The position numbers and the translations under genes were made by a program. A stretch of 64,000 bases of DNA from a virus. Below, piece after piece: positions 38,780 to 47,666 of the stretch (position 1 is the first letter of the stretch; every line of letters starts with the position of its first letter). Under the pieces are notes generated by a model. The model searched no databases. It had not been told where the DNA came from and was given only the letters and a program-made list of their open reading frames with translations. Where the stretch lies: positions 1-64,000 of IMG/VR virus record IMGVR_UViG_3300029791_000002. One strand, 5' to 3'.

Positions 38780-38968
38780 TTACCCTGGCTGTTCTACCCA
38801 CTCCCTGTACCCTACATTAAAACCAATAGGATCATACCTTTTGATCATAGTGCCATAATTCTCTCTACCGCAATACCTGTTCTTTCCTCCAATAACCCAT
38901 GCTTCATCGTCTCTATCTGGAGATATGGAGTTAAGAAACTTCTCATAATCTTTTCTACTCTTTCCCAT
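38780..38968 (-). CDS. hypothetical protein (62 aa)
   Basis: ORF; 3' end overlaps the GC-rich hairpin. Confidence 0.3.
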   Translation of the reverse strand: MGKSRKDYEKFLNSISPDRDDEAWVIGGKNRYCGRENYGTMIKRYDPIGFNVGYREWVEQPG

Positions 38969-39323
38969 CTTTGTCTTGATTTAAACAATAGTTAATAAAA
39001 TAAGCAACCTGTTCATTTTCCCCTGTATTATCATAATCACCTAAAGTCATATCATCATAATCCAGCAGAACTATACGAAAATCGTTTTTTTTGACATACA
39101 CTTCCGTTAAATACATAGGAATCCCAGCAATTTCTATTATCACCGGAAACTGATCATCGAAGTCAAACGCATCATTAGTTTCTTTAAACTCTTTAAATTC
39201 TTTGAATTTTAGCTTTATACTTCCACCGTTCTCCACTAATGCCTCTTTGATGTACTTTAATCTTTTTGCATTCAGATCAACCTCTGCTTTTTCTATTTCT
39301 TTGTACAATTCATTCAGATCCAT
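38955..39323 (-). CDS. hypothetical protein (122 aa)
   Basis: ORF. Confidence 0.5.
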   Translation of the reverse strand: MDLNELYKEIEKAEVDLNAKRLKYIKEALVENGGSIKLKFKEFKEFKETNDAFDFDDQFPVIIEIAGIPMYLTEVYVKKNDFRIVLLDYDDMTLGDYDNTGENEQVAYFINYCLNQDKDGKE

Positions 39324-39825
39324 ATTCCACTATATTTATGTTGTCAAATTTTTCTTTTATAACATCCAAGGCACCACACTCGTTTGTTACCATAACATAC
39401 TTTCCTGGCTTCATTCTCCACAGATTGAAATACCTTGTCACATTTATAATGTTATTAAATAATGATATTTCGTATCTTGTGTTCCCATTTTCATCATGTC
39501 CCGCTTTTTTAAAATAACATAGGGTCGGCTTGTATTTGAAATAATTAAAAAGCCTATACCATCCCTTCCCGTTACATGTTTCACGATTCCATATTCCAGT
39601 AAGCTTCCTATATCCCCTTACCGGTATTTTCTCTATTTTTTTTGGTACGATCTTGACATACTCTCCTTCTCCGATTGGTATAGTCATATTACCTGTCTCT
39701 TCCGTGCAAAAGTATTCTATTTCAGATGCCATGTCTTTATATACATAGAACCGGTATAGGTTCCCGTCAGGGTCTACCCGATCCATGTAATATAATATCA
39801 CTTTGTCTACTTTTATCTTTTTCAT
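39310..39825 (-). CDS. hypothetical protein (171 aa)
   Basis: ORF. Confidence 0.55.
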   Translation of the reverse strand: MKKIKVDKVILYYMDRVDPDGNLYRFYVYKDMASEIEYFCTEETGNMTIPIGEGEYVKIVPKKIEKIPVRGYRKLTGIWNRETCNGKGWYRLFNYFKYKPTLCYFKKAGHDENGNTRYEISLFNNIINVTRYFNLWRMKPGKYVMVTNECGALDVIKEKFDNINIVEYGSE

Positions 39826-40133
39826 TCCTTTATTCTCCTTATCTTTAAATCGTTATTCCCACAGTATTCCTTCAACCAACTATCCGTTAGATAACGATTA
39901 ACTCTATCGTATTTCTTTTTCGGACCCTTGCTCCAGAATTTCCATTCGTTTGTGATATTGTACCCATATTTATCAAACCAATGGATATAATACACTACGT
40001 TACCGTACAAATCCACTCTTTTTCTTTCCTGTATGACTACCTCGTAAGGTATCTTCTTGTCTCTTTTCTCCATCTTTGTCCTCCTTTCTTGAATAAAAAA
40101 ACGGCACCTATCTTCGCAGACCAGTGCCGGCAA
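39822..40133 (-). CDS. hypothetical protein (103 aa)
   Basis: ORF. Confidence 0.5.
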   Translation of the reverse strand: MPALVCEDRCRFFIQERRTKMEKRDKKIPYEVVIQERKRVDLYGNVVYYIHWFDKYGYNITNEWKFWSKGPKKKYDRVNRYLTDSWLKEYCGNNDLKIRRIKE

Positions 40134-40150
40134 CTAACTCGCATGGAAAA

Positions 40151-40561
40151 CTACTTAACCTCAACTAATTCTACAGAGCTGTAGAATTTAGTGAAGCTAC
40201 CAACAAATTCTCTTATATCTTTATATTCTTCTGGTCGTTTTCTGTTACCGTCTTTTATATAATTTACCCACAGTCTATCTTCTATGCTCTTAATCGCATT
40301 TTCTATAGTAAATTCGTCGCTGACACACATTAAACACGAAGACCCTGTTTTCTTATGCGGTTTATATATCCTTGAAAAAGACCACATTTTTATCCTGTCG
40401 TATATATATCCGTTGTTGGGATAAACGAATCCTATTCGGCTGTCACCTTCTTTAGCGTAAAACACACCTGGCTCCTTCCCGCCCTTTCTATATACTACGA
40501 ATCCTTTTTCTTTTAGGATCTTAACCACTTTATTTAATTTATTTTCTACGTTCATTTTCAT
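40151..40561 (-). CDS. hypothetical protein (136 aa)
   Basis: ORF. Confidence 0.5.
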   Translation of the reverse strand: MKMNVENKLNKVVKILKEKGFVVYRKGGKEPGVFYAKEGDSRIGFVYPNNGYIYDRIKMWSFSRIYKPHKKTGSSCLMCVSDEFTIENAIKSIEDRLWVNYIKDGNRKRPEEYKDIREFVGSFTKFYSSVELVEVK

Positions 40562-41012
40562 GCAAAAATTTAAAAACGACCTTCATTACATTTCCAAAGT
40601 TCTCCACCTTAACCCACTCGTGAGCTACTGCTCTAAGTACGGATGTTTCGTATGTCGGAATATCGTCTTCTTCAACCACCTTACAAGAAGCCAGAACTCC
40701 TTCAGTCGGCTTTAGTCCGAGGTCATGCAGCTCGCAGAGACCGCCCGGCTGGCGGAATGCGCACCACCCGTCTTTCTCTGTTGGCTGGATCATCGCTATT
40801 GGTTTTTCTTTCACTGCAAGATACCCTACCATCCACATTGTTTCTTTTAACCTGTCAGCGTATCCGGCATCTATGATAGCCTCTATGTCTTTTGGCGTAC
40901 CAATACAAGGAACTTTACACATGTTTTTACATTTATCACATGTACAAGGTTGCTCCCATCTGTTATGATCTATGCCTACCAACTTCTTTATCCGTTCTAC
41001 TTCTTCTTTCAT
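40539..41012 (-). CDS. Cys-rich putative metal/Fe-S-binding protein (157 aa)
   Basis: CTCDKCKNMCKVPC cluster plus three further Cys. Confidence 0.5.
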   Translation of the reverse strand: MKEEVERIKKLVGIDHNRWEQPCTCDKCKNMCKVPCIGTPKDIEAIIDAGYADRLKETMWMVGYLAVKEKPIAMIQPTEKDGWCAFRQPGGLCELHDLGLKPTEGVLASCKVVEEDDIPTYETSVLRAVAHEWVKVENFGNVMKVVFKFLHENERRK

Positions 41013-41013
41013 A

Positions 41014-41295
41014 TTATACTATCTCTGTTAGTTTTTCATAATACAACTTCATTTCCGGTGAAGCATATTCCATGAATGCTTCGAATAAGTAGGGTACCTC
41101 TATTATCATATTCACATTACAACCTTCTGCCTGTGAAAGAGATTCAAGATCATTGCTGTATGAACACGTTACATGAGCTCCTACATTAAACACATGTAAA
41201 TCTAATCTTACATATTCCATACATAAATCTAACGCTTTAAACAAGTTTTCTACCTCAATCTCCTGAAATAGGTCTATAAACATCCTTAAATCCAT
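41014..41295 (-). CDS. hypothetical protein (93 aa)
   Basis: ORF. Confidence 0.45.
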   Translation of the reverse strand: MDLRMFIDLFQEIEVENLFKALDLCMEYVRLDLHVFNVGAHVTCSYSNDLESLSQAEGCNVNMIIEVPYLFEAFMEYASPEMKLYYEKLTEIV

Positions 41296-41678
41296 TATTT
41301 TACTACCCTTTCTATGTGTTTAATTAATACTACTGCCATCCCCTTACCTGTTTTTATCGCACATTCCGATCCTTTTATCCATTCTACACACCCTACATAC
41401 TTTTCTGTAGAATGAAATCCGGGATTGTATTTTCCAGATGTACTGAACTCTACCGTATCCCCTACCTTCAGATCATCAAAAGCAATAGACCATGTGGTCC
41501 AAATTCTATCATGTCTCCCAGGCTGAATGGCTCCGATTACGCCTTTTTTACGACCGTTTTTTATTGCCCTTAGTATTATCTTCCTATCACCTTCGATAAG
41601 GCTGCAAAAGCGCCCGTAAAAGGTCAAATCAACCTGTTTTCCTCCTATTTCTTCTCTTATTTTTGTTATTCTGTTCAT
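41295..41678 (-). CDS. hypothetical protein (127 aa)
   Basis: ORF. Confidence 0.5.
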   Translation of the reverse strand: MNRITKIREEIGGKQVDLTFYGRFCSLIEGDRKIILRAIKNGRKKGVIGAIQPGRHDRIWTTWSIAFDDLKVGDTVEFSTSGKYNPGFHSTEKYVGCVEWIKGSECAIKTGKGMAVVLIKHIERVVK

Positions 41679-41922
41679 TTTCTGATTTTGTTTTATTTTT
41701 TTCTTTGTTTTTTCTATCTTCTATAGAAGATGATAATAACATTATCTTTTCTATGTTACTTTTTGACTGTAAAAAAGAATCGCATTTCATTACTACTACC
41801 ACCTTCTTAAGTTCCCCATTATCGTATAGCGATACACGCATCATGTTTTGCACCTCGTCCACTATCAGACCTGGAGTAGTCTTAGCCATTTTGCGTAGCT
41901 TATTATACTCCGGTCTTTCCAT
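41629..41922 (-). CDS. hypothetical protein (97 aa), basic C-terminal tail
   Basis: ORF. Confidence 0.4.
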   Translation of the reverse strand: MERPEYNKLRKMAKTTPGLIVDEVQNMMRVSLYDNGELKKVVVVMKCDSFLQSKSNIEKIMLLSSSIEDRKNKEKNKTKSENEQNNKNKRRNRRKTG

Positions 41923-42187
41923 TTCCTCTGTTTATTACTCTATAGTATTTATCCTTATCCCCTTCTTTCAACTTCTCCAGATAGAAAATTCCATCATGTA
42001 AATGAGACAAACAAAACCTGTATCCGTATTTCTGTACTCTTCTTACATGATCCCGCAGTCTTATCTCTTCACTTTTGTCTTGTACTTTGATTTTAATACT
42101 GTCTCCTTCTTTGATTGTGTATAAAATAGTTTGAATCTCTTCTTTTTTCATCTTATAAAATATTTTAACGGCAGCACCTATACTCAC
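41903..42187 (-). CDS. hypothetical protein (94 aa)
   Basis: ORF. Confidence 0.45.
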   Translation of the reverse strand: MSIGAAVKIFYKMKKEEIQTILYTIKEGDSIKIKVQDKSEEIRLRDHVRRVQKYGYRFCLSHLHDGIFYLEKLKEGDKDKYYRVINRGNGKTGV

Positions 42188-42214
42188 GCACCACTACTGC
42201 CTTATGTTTAACAA

Positions 42215-43024
42215 TTAAATACTTAACTCTTCAATGGTCAAGCCTTTTTCTTTTGCCCACTTTAGCATCGCGCATAATTCTGTTTCTGACTTATATTTCG
42301 GATCACGCCACGCCCATCCGAATTTATCCAGGACATGATGATATAATTCGTCGGCCTTTGCCGTGTAAATGTCTTTGAATAAATGCTCCGAACCTTCCGG
42401 TATAAGCATCTCTGTTGTTGCAAAATCGGAATACGATAAACATCCGTAAGCATATTCTGTTATTTCACTCCATGCTTCTCCGGCTTTAAATCCAAATTCT
42501 TTTACAAAAGCCAAAGTTAGATACATATTTAATAATATTGTTACATCATATCCGGAATCCGACTTTCTTTCTATTATTTCCTTTTCAAATTCCTTTAAAT
42601 CTTCAGGCCCTAAAAAGATGTATCCTGATACCGACCGGTAATTAGTCTCCGCATACTTCTTGCATTTATCATCATTGACAATCTTACTAATGTTAGATAA
42701 CATCTTTTGCCTCCATTCATCACAAAACTCTACCTCTACGTTCATCCAATCAGTACCATAATTATATTCTTTCGGATATCCGACCGATGTTACCTTTATA
42801 CTATTCACGCCATATCCGTAAAGGCGTTCACTTACCTCATTCGCCCATTCCTGTACAAAAGGAATAAACTTATTGTAATAAGAATCAAAATCAAAATCCG
42901 ATTCCTCCTCATATTCTGGCATCTCTTCATAATCCTGTTCAAAGAAATGACGAGGATCTGCTATTGTTTCGTAGAAACTTACGTTAATGAAACAAAACTC
43001 GTTGGTTGTCGTTTTTAATATCAT
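42215..43024 (-). CDS. strongly acidic protein (269 aa)
   Basis: DYEEMPEYEEESDFDFDSYY and overall high D/E content. Confidence 0.6.
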   Translation of the reverse strand: MILKTTTNEFCFINVSFYETIADPRHFFEQDYEEMPEYEEESDFDFDSYYNKFIPFVQEWANEVSERLYGYGVNSIKVTSVGYPKEYNYGTDWMNVEVEFCDEWRQKMLSNISKIVNDDKCKKYAETNYRSVSGYIFLGPEDLKEFEKEIIERKSDSGYDVTILLNMYLTLAFVKEFGFKAGEAWSEITEYAYGCLSYSDFATTEMLIPEGSEHLFKDIYTAKADELYHHVLDKFGWAWRDPKYKSETELCAMLKWAKEKGLTIEELSI

Positions 43025-43275
43025 AACTTTTTGTATTTACGTACATTTTTCTTGCCATAGAATCTACACATGGCACGAATCTGACTATAAAATACTTTTG
43101 TCCTCCTGGCCTCAAAGTATTTAAACATTTCTTCATTCTTTGTTTCCCAAACGTAATCCGTTTGGGAACTCATGCGATCTTTCTCCTTGCGTGAATAATG
43201 GTAATATGATACCACAACACGTTTCATACCATTCTTTACAGGTACGATATTTACGTCTATACTATTCTCTGTCAT
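43021..43275 (-). CDS. hypothetical protein (84 aa)
   Basis: ORF. Confidence 0.45.
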   Translation of the reverse strand: MTENSIDVNIVPVKNGMKRVVVSYYHYSRKEKDRMSSQTDYVWETKNEEMFKYFEARRTKVFYSQIRAMCRFYGKKNVRKYKKL

Positions 43276-43384
43276 ATTATTATTGTTTTATGCATTATAC
43301 AAATACAAAGAGCGCATACCTTCACAGGCCGGCGCTCCTTTCAATAAAAATGAAAAAACTAACATTAACATAAAAATCCGTTTT

Positions 43385-43612
43385 CTACTTCTTATGTTTT
43401 AATCTTTTAATGGCATCCTTTCTTGAGTATGCCATTACTTTAGTGCCATTAATATCAAATTCTTTTTCTGTTCTGACAATCTTTTCTCTTCTATATGTAG
43501 ATTGCATTCCTTTTCCCCTTTTAGTATTTAGCACAAAGGCATCATCTCCGCACATTGCAACTAATATCATAGGGAGCAACAGACCTCTGTATTTCATATT
43601 TTTCCTCCACAA
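43385..43612 (-). CDS. small putative secreted/lipoprotein (75 aa)
   Basis: Signal-like LLLPMILVAMC. Confidence 0.35.
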   Translation of the reverse strand: MWRKNMKYRGLLLPMILVAMCGDDAFVLNTKRGKGMQSTYRREKIVRTEKEFDINGTKVMAYSRKDAIKRLKHKK

Positions 43613-43824
43613 TTATTATATCTACCATATTCGTTTCTTCCATCATTCCGTATTTCAAAAACCATCTTCTTGTGATCTTCGTTTGGTAACCTATCCTTAA
43701 CAGCCGATATTACGCCCGCTATAGACGTAAAGCCTGAATCTGTTATTGAACACAGCAACACGCCTCTGTCGGCTCCGGTGCTTATTGCTGACGCCTTTAT
43801 AATATCATTCTTATATATTCTCAT
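43594..43824 (-). CDS. hypothetical protein (76 aa)
   Basis: ORF. Confidence 0.4.
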   Translation of the reverse strand: MRIYKNDIIKASAISTGADRGVLLCSITDSGFTSIAGVISAVKDRLPNEDHKKMVFEIRNDGRNEYGRYNNCGGKI

Positions 43825-43999
43825 AACTTTTTTGTTTTATTGTTTGTGAGATGCCCAGAATCGAACCAGGACCGGCACATACGCACCGGCACGCCGCGTC
43901 ATCCCCTCTATGATGCAGAAATAGGCATGCCTATCCTCACGAACCGACATGCCAAAACCCAAAACTTAATTTGATGAATAAAATAGATTAACAAAAATA

Positions 44000-44266
44000 C
44001 TATTCTAATTCTTTTATAATATCTTTCACAATATTCAGCCTTACCTCCTTCGTTTCTGGATTAAGACAACCAAACCACCCATAAAACGTTCTTGTTTCCT
44101 CTGGTTCTGTGGCCATACTTATCTTCTCCTCCAATTCCGGGAAATATATTCTCACCATTTCGTCTGAACGAAACTCATAGATATTTTTATGTGTTTTGAA
44201 ATACATAAACACTACATTTCTTAACGCAACACATATGTATTCCCCATCCTCTAACCTATCAATCAT
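44000..44266 (-). CDS. hypothetical protein (88 aa)
   Basis: ORF. Confidence 0.45.
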   Translation of the reverse strand: MIDRLEDGEYICVALRNVVFMYFKTHKNIYEFRSDEMVRIYFPELEEKISMATEPEETRTFYGWFGCLNPETKEVRLNIVKDIIKELE

Positions 44267-44328
44267 CTCATATACCTTTTTCCATATGAATAATCGCTCT
44301 TCTTTTGTAAATATATCTTTCTTTATTT

Positions 44329-44670
44329 TTATGGTATTATTTGACTGTACGCAGACTTTTCCATGTACACAATACTATGCTCCTGTCCAAGTATTTTCTT
44401 TGCTGCTTCTTTCTTTATCGCGCAATATCTCCCTGTACGATACGGATTCTTTTGATCTGATCCATCCTCAACTTCGATAATAAAACAACCTCCGTCATCT
44501 ATTATCTTTTTGCAATTGTCACATATTTCTCCCGTGCATATATGATGCGGCGCCTGCCCTTTGATGTTATTCCCTAATAAAGCAATCCCCATCTCTTCAC
44601 CGCATACTATGCATAGTTCTATGGATGGATTCAACCCATGCTCTGGATGCAATACAATACCGTCTTTCAT
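44329..44670 (-). CDS. zinc-binding protein (113 aa)
   Basis: CIVCG...HHICTGEICDNC. Confidence 0.5.
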   Translation of the reverse strand: MKDGIVLHPEHGLNPSIELCIVCGEEMGIALLGNNIKGQAPHHICTGEICDNCKKIIDDGGCFIIEVEDGSDQKNPYRTGRYCAIKKEAAKKILGQEHSIVYMEKSAYSQIIP

Positions 44671-45218
44671 TTTCTATCCTCCTTTATTAATTCTATTATA
44701 AACTTTTTATCTTGTTCCCACAATGGCAGCCCTTCTTTTACTGTGTATGCCACTGTTTCCCTCTCTCCTATTAATCGCACGGCAATCTCTCTTGCTTTCA
44801 AGTCATCCTCCTCATGCGATTTGTTTATTAAATCATAGGCACATGATTCCACCTTTTGCCTTTCGATTATTATCGAACCCATTAACTCGCTTATATGCGA
44901 TCCTAAAAACGATAAGACATTAATAGCTTTCCCAATATCATTTGAAATAGCACTTGCTAAATACATCTTATCCATATACTCCGGCAAAGCCTCGTATGCC
45001 GTTTCTATGTTTTTATACTGATTTTCGTTTACCTCCCTTTTAATCAGTTCTTCAAATTCTTCTTTTAACATGTTCTTCCCTATTTTAATGTTGTGTGAGA
45101 TCGCCGGAATCGAACCGACTTGCTGCACCATGAATCCCATAAAGCAAATGCTCCGATCTTCGCAGATGGGAGCATTCTGTCTAAAGCATAAGAAAATTAA
45201 TGAAGAAATTTTTCTCAC
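44667..45218 (-). CDS. hypothetical protein (183 aa)
   Basis: ORF. Confidence 0.5.
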   Translation of the reverse strand: MRKISSLIFLCFRQNAPICEDRSICFMGFMVQQVGSIPAISHNIKIGKNMLKEEFEELIKREVNENQYKNIETAYEALPEYMDKMYLASAISNDIGKAINVLSFLGSHISELMGSIIIERQKVESCAYDLINKSHEEDDLKAREIAVRLIGERETVAYTVKEGLPLWEQDKKFIIELIKEDRK

Positions 45219-45406
45219 TTACGCCATAACATCTAAAATAGCTATCAGCACTATTTCTATGACAAACATAATAGAAAATATCTTAAATGCCTTTTTCATA
45301 TCGCTATCTCCTCCTTTTTATTTTTTTTAGTTCCACAATAAACTGTTCCGGCTCTGCTCCGACCTACGTTCCACCTACAACCGCAGGCCTTAGCCCAAGG
45401 CGCCGC

Positions 45407-45676
45407 CTACTCCCCCTCTATGGCAGCCTGTTCGTACCTACAAATCCAATCTCCATCTATACAACTATCACTACGCGATAATAAACATTTATCCTTATAA
45501 CAATCATAAAAAATACACCTATCACAACTGTAATCCTTAACGTCTACACAGCTAACTACCTTAGCATATACTATTCCATCACTGCCTTCTATTCCTTTTA
45601 CCCCGAAAATAGAACCTTCTACCTCCTTACTCAAATCTAAGTCAGGCGCAAAGTCATATACGTTCATACCATCCAT
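45407..45676 (-). CDS. Cys-rich hypothetical protein (89 aa)
   Basis: ORF with 7 Cys. Confidence 0.4.
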   Translation of the reverse strand: MDGMNVYDFAPDLDLSKEVEGSIFGVKGIEGSDGIVYAKVVSCVDVKDYSCDRCIFYDCYKDKCLLSRSDSCIDGDWICRYEQAAIEGE

Positions 45677-45786
45677 ATTTTAATTGTTAAACATCCCGCT
45701 TAAAAAAAAATACTCACATAATGCAGTCCTCAACCCTTAATCTGTTGGAAGGAACCTATATAATGCTGTTTTAAACCCTTATCATA

Positions 45787-45984
45787 TTGAATTTTGTGGA
45801 AATGATCTACAGAACACTGTTTTAAAACGCTTATCTATTGAATTTTGTTGGTAGGGAGTTGAATTTTGTTGGTAGGGAGTTGAATTTTGTTGGTAGGGAG
45901 TTGAATTTTGTTGGTAGGGAGTTGAATTTTGTTGGTAGGGAGTTGAATTTTGTTGGTAGGGAGTTGAATTTTGTTGGTAGGGAG
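45787..45984. repeat. tandem array of 7 perfect 21-bp direct repeats (TTGAATTTTGTTGGTAGGGAG) plus one degenerate upstream copy
   Basis: Copies at 45838-45984 are read directly and identical; a partial copy TTGAATTTTGTGG lies at 45787-45799. Confidence 0.9.
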
Positions 45985-46705
45985 TGCCCTCCCTCTCCCC
46001 CTCTCCAACCCCGGCTAATCCTCCGGCTTTCCGCATAGAACCTGCGCTCTCACACCTCGCTACAGGCATACGAAGAGCGCTACAAGCTTATACTCTGGCA
46101 TGGAGTATGGGGGATTTGGAGATAATATCATTCCATAGAGAGAATAGAGAGACTTCAGCCCACGCCCTACCGCCTGCTCCTCCTATCAAGATAGATATTC
46201 AGACCTATAATCAAAGCCAAAAACGAAAAGCAAAAAACCATCACAATATTATACTGATCTGGTCCGTACTCTAACATAGACCTTACTCCAACCGATAAAA
46301 AATACAGGTCAGCTACTAATAAAAACCACCACATAAAATAAAAAATTTACAATAAGTGTGTCCGAAAATACGGGTATCATAAAACCTAACTAATTGATAA
46401 TCAAGCATACCTTATTTTTAAGAAAAGTACAATAAGCCTAATTTTCAATCCATAGAGACGAAAAAGGCGGCATCCGACGCCCTATTTTGGGCCAGAAAAC
46501 CGCCTTAAGTTTCGTTTTAAACCAATTTTAACGACATGATATAGACAAAATACCGGCATTATATCCGAACTCTCATATTTTAGTTTCGTTTTAGACCAAT
46601 ATAGCACACATCCGCCGTTCACTCTCAGAATATCTTACCCTTAAATAGAAAGGGTAGGATACGAAAATAGGGCTGCTCCGATATTCGGAACAACCCTATC
46701 CCTAT

Positions 46706-46912
46706 TTAAATACTGTTTATGTTTTCTTTCACGTATGTTCGTGATGTATGGACTTTACGTTTGCATTTGTCCTTTCCTGTATCGGCATGATACGCTTCTT
46801 TGAGATCACGATACAACATAAATTCCCGATACGCTCTTTTCCGCTTTTCTTTAGCTTCTTTCCTGGACAGACCGCGGACGTCTACCATATGAGATTTAAA
46901 TTTCCTTTCCAT
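46706..46912 (-). CDS. small basic protein (68 aa)
   Basis: ORF in a poorly coding region; K/R-rich. Confidence 0.35.
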   Translation of the reverse strand: MERKFKSHMVDVRGLSRKEAKEKRKRAYREFMLYRDLKEAYHADTGKDKCKRKVHTSRTYVKENINSI

Positions 46913-46934
46913 TTTCTTTATGCTTTAATTATGA

Positions 46935-47105
46935 TTAACTCCAGCGGTTAAGTGCTTCGATATAGAAACCTTCCGCCTCTTTGTACTCACTTTCGCTCAA
47001 TGTTTCCACCGTCTCGATATAGTTACGCAATGTTATTTTTACGCAACTGTTTTTAGATTTATTGAACGCTTCAATTAAAGCGTTGATCATTTCTTTCTTT
47101 CCCAT
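46935..47105 (-). CDS. small hypothetical protein (56 aa)
   Basis: ORF below track cutoff: MGKKEMINALIEAFNKSKNSCVKITLRNYIETVETLSESEYKEAEGFYIEALNRWS. Confidence 0.3.
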   Translation of the reverse strand: MGKKEMINALIEAFNKSKNSCVKITLRNYIETVETLSESEYKEAEGFYIEALNRWS

Positions 47106-47632
47106 GTTATTGTATTGTTTATAATTTAGAGGTTGCTCCGGAATCGAACCGGACGCGCATTCCTATCCTGTACGAATTTTATGCTACAACCAACAGCCCG
47201 TAATTAGTACGTAGTTCTTGTGTACAGGCCCGTACTATGTTGTTATTATATTTTCCGTCTGCTACACAACTTAGCCACAAATAAAGGCGATTGTGTCCTT
47301 GCGTTTTGATACGACACGTCCCTACATGGTAGGCTACATGCTTGTACCCTGTAATTTAATCTACAGCCTTGTTCTATTTTTTCGTGTAAGCAAGTAAGAC
47401 ACGTTTCGATCTGGAGACAAACCTCGTACAACGGCATGTTTTCCAAACTGTAATCACATACCTAACATAAACCGCGCTTATTCAACGTAGTTCATGCAGT
47501 AATACCAACCCTTTGATTGCCAACGGCAAGGGCAACGGTATATTTGCCTTCCAATATGTAAAATAACTCTCTGCTTGTCAGCTTCAGTCTAAAGCATACG
47601 CGGGACGTGCACCCACTGACAATGGCGTACAG

Positions 47633-47666
47633 GCGCGTTTAACGGTACGCGCCTAACCTTTTTTTA
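47633..47666 (+). terminator. +-strand intrinsic terminator-like hairpin at the end of an ORF-less region
   Basis: GGCGCGT-TTAACGGT-ACGCGCC, then TAACC and TTTTTTT. Confidence 0.4.

Noticed and set aside
45838-45984. Possibility that the 21-bp array or the 57-bp array is a CRISPR array
   Set aside because: No unique spacers: units are directly abutting and identical, and no cas genes are present (the TnpB and Cas4-like genes are not CRISPR effector modules here).
45782-46069. ORFs 45782-46069 (−) and 45838-46038 (+) with heptad STPYQQN / NFVGREL repeats
   Set aside because: Both read straight through the perfect 21-bp tandem array. Codon-level perfect identity over seven copies points to a DNA-level element rather than a coding sequence.
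43846-47215. Interpretation of the tRNA-like 3' fragments as attP cores of an integrating prophage
   Set aside because: No integrase or recombinase of any family was recognisable in the window, so temperate integration is unsupported. The fragments are kept as an open question under findings.
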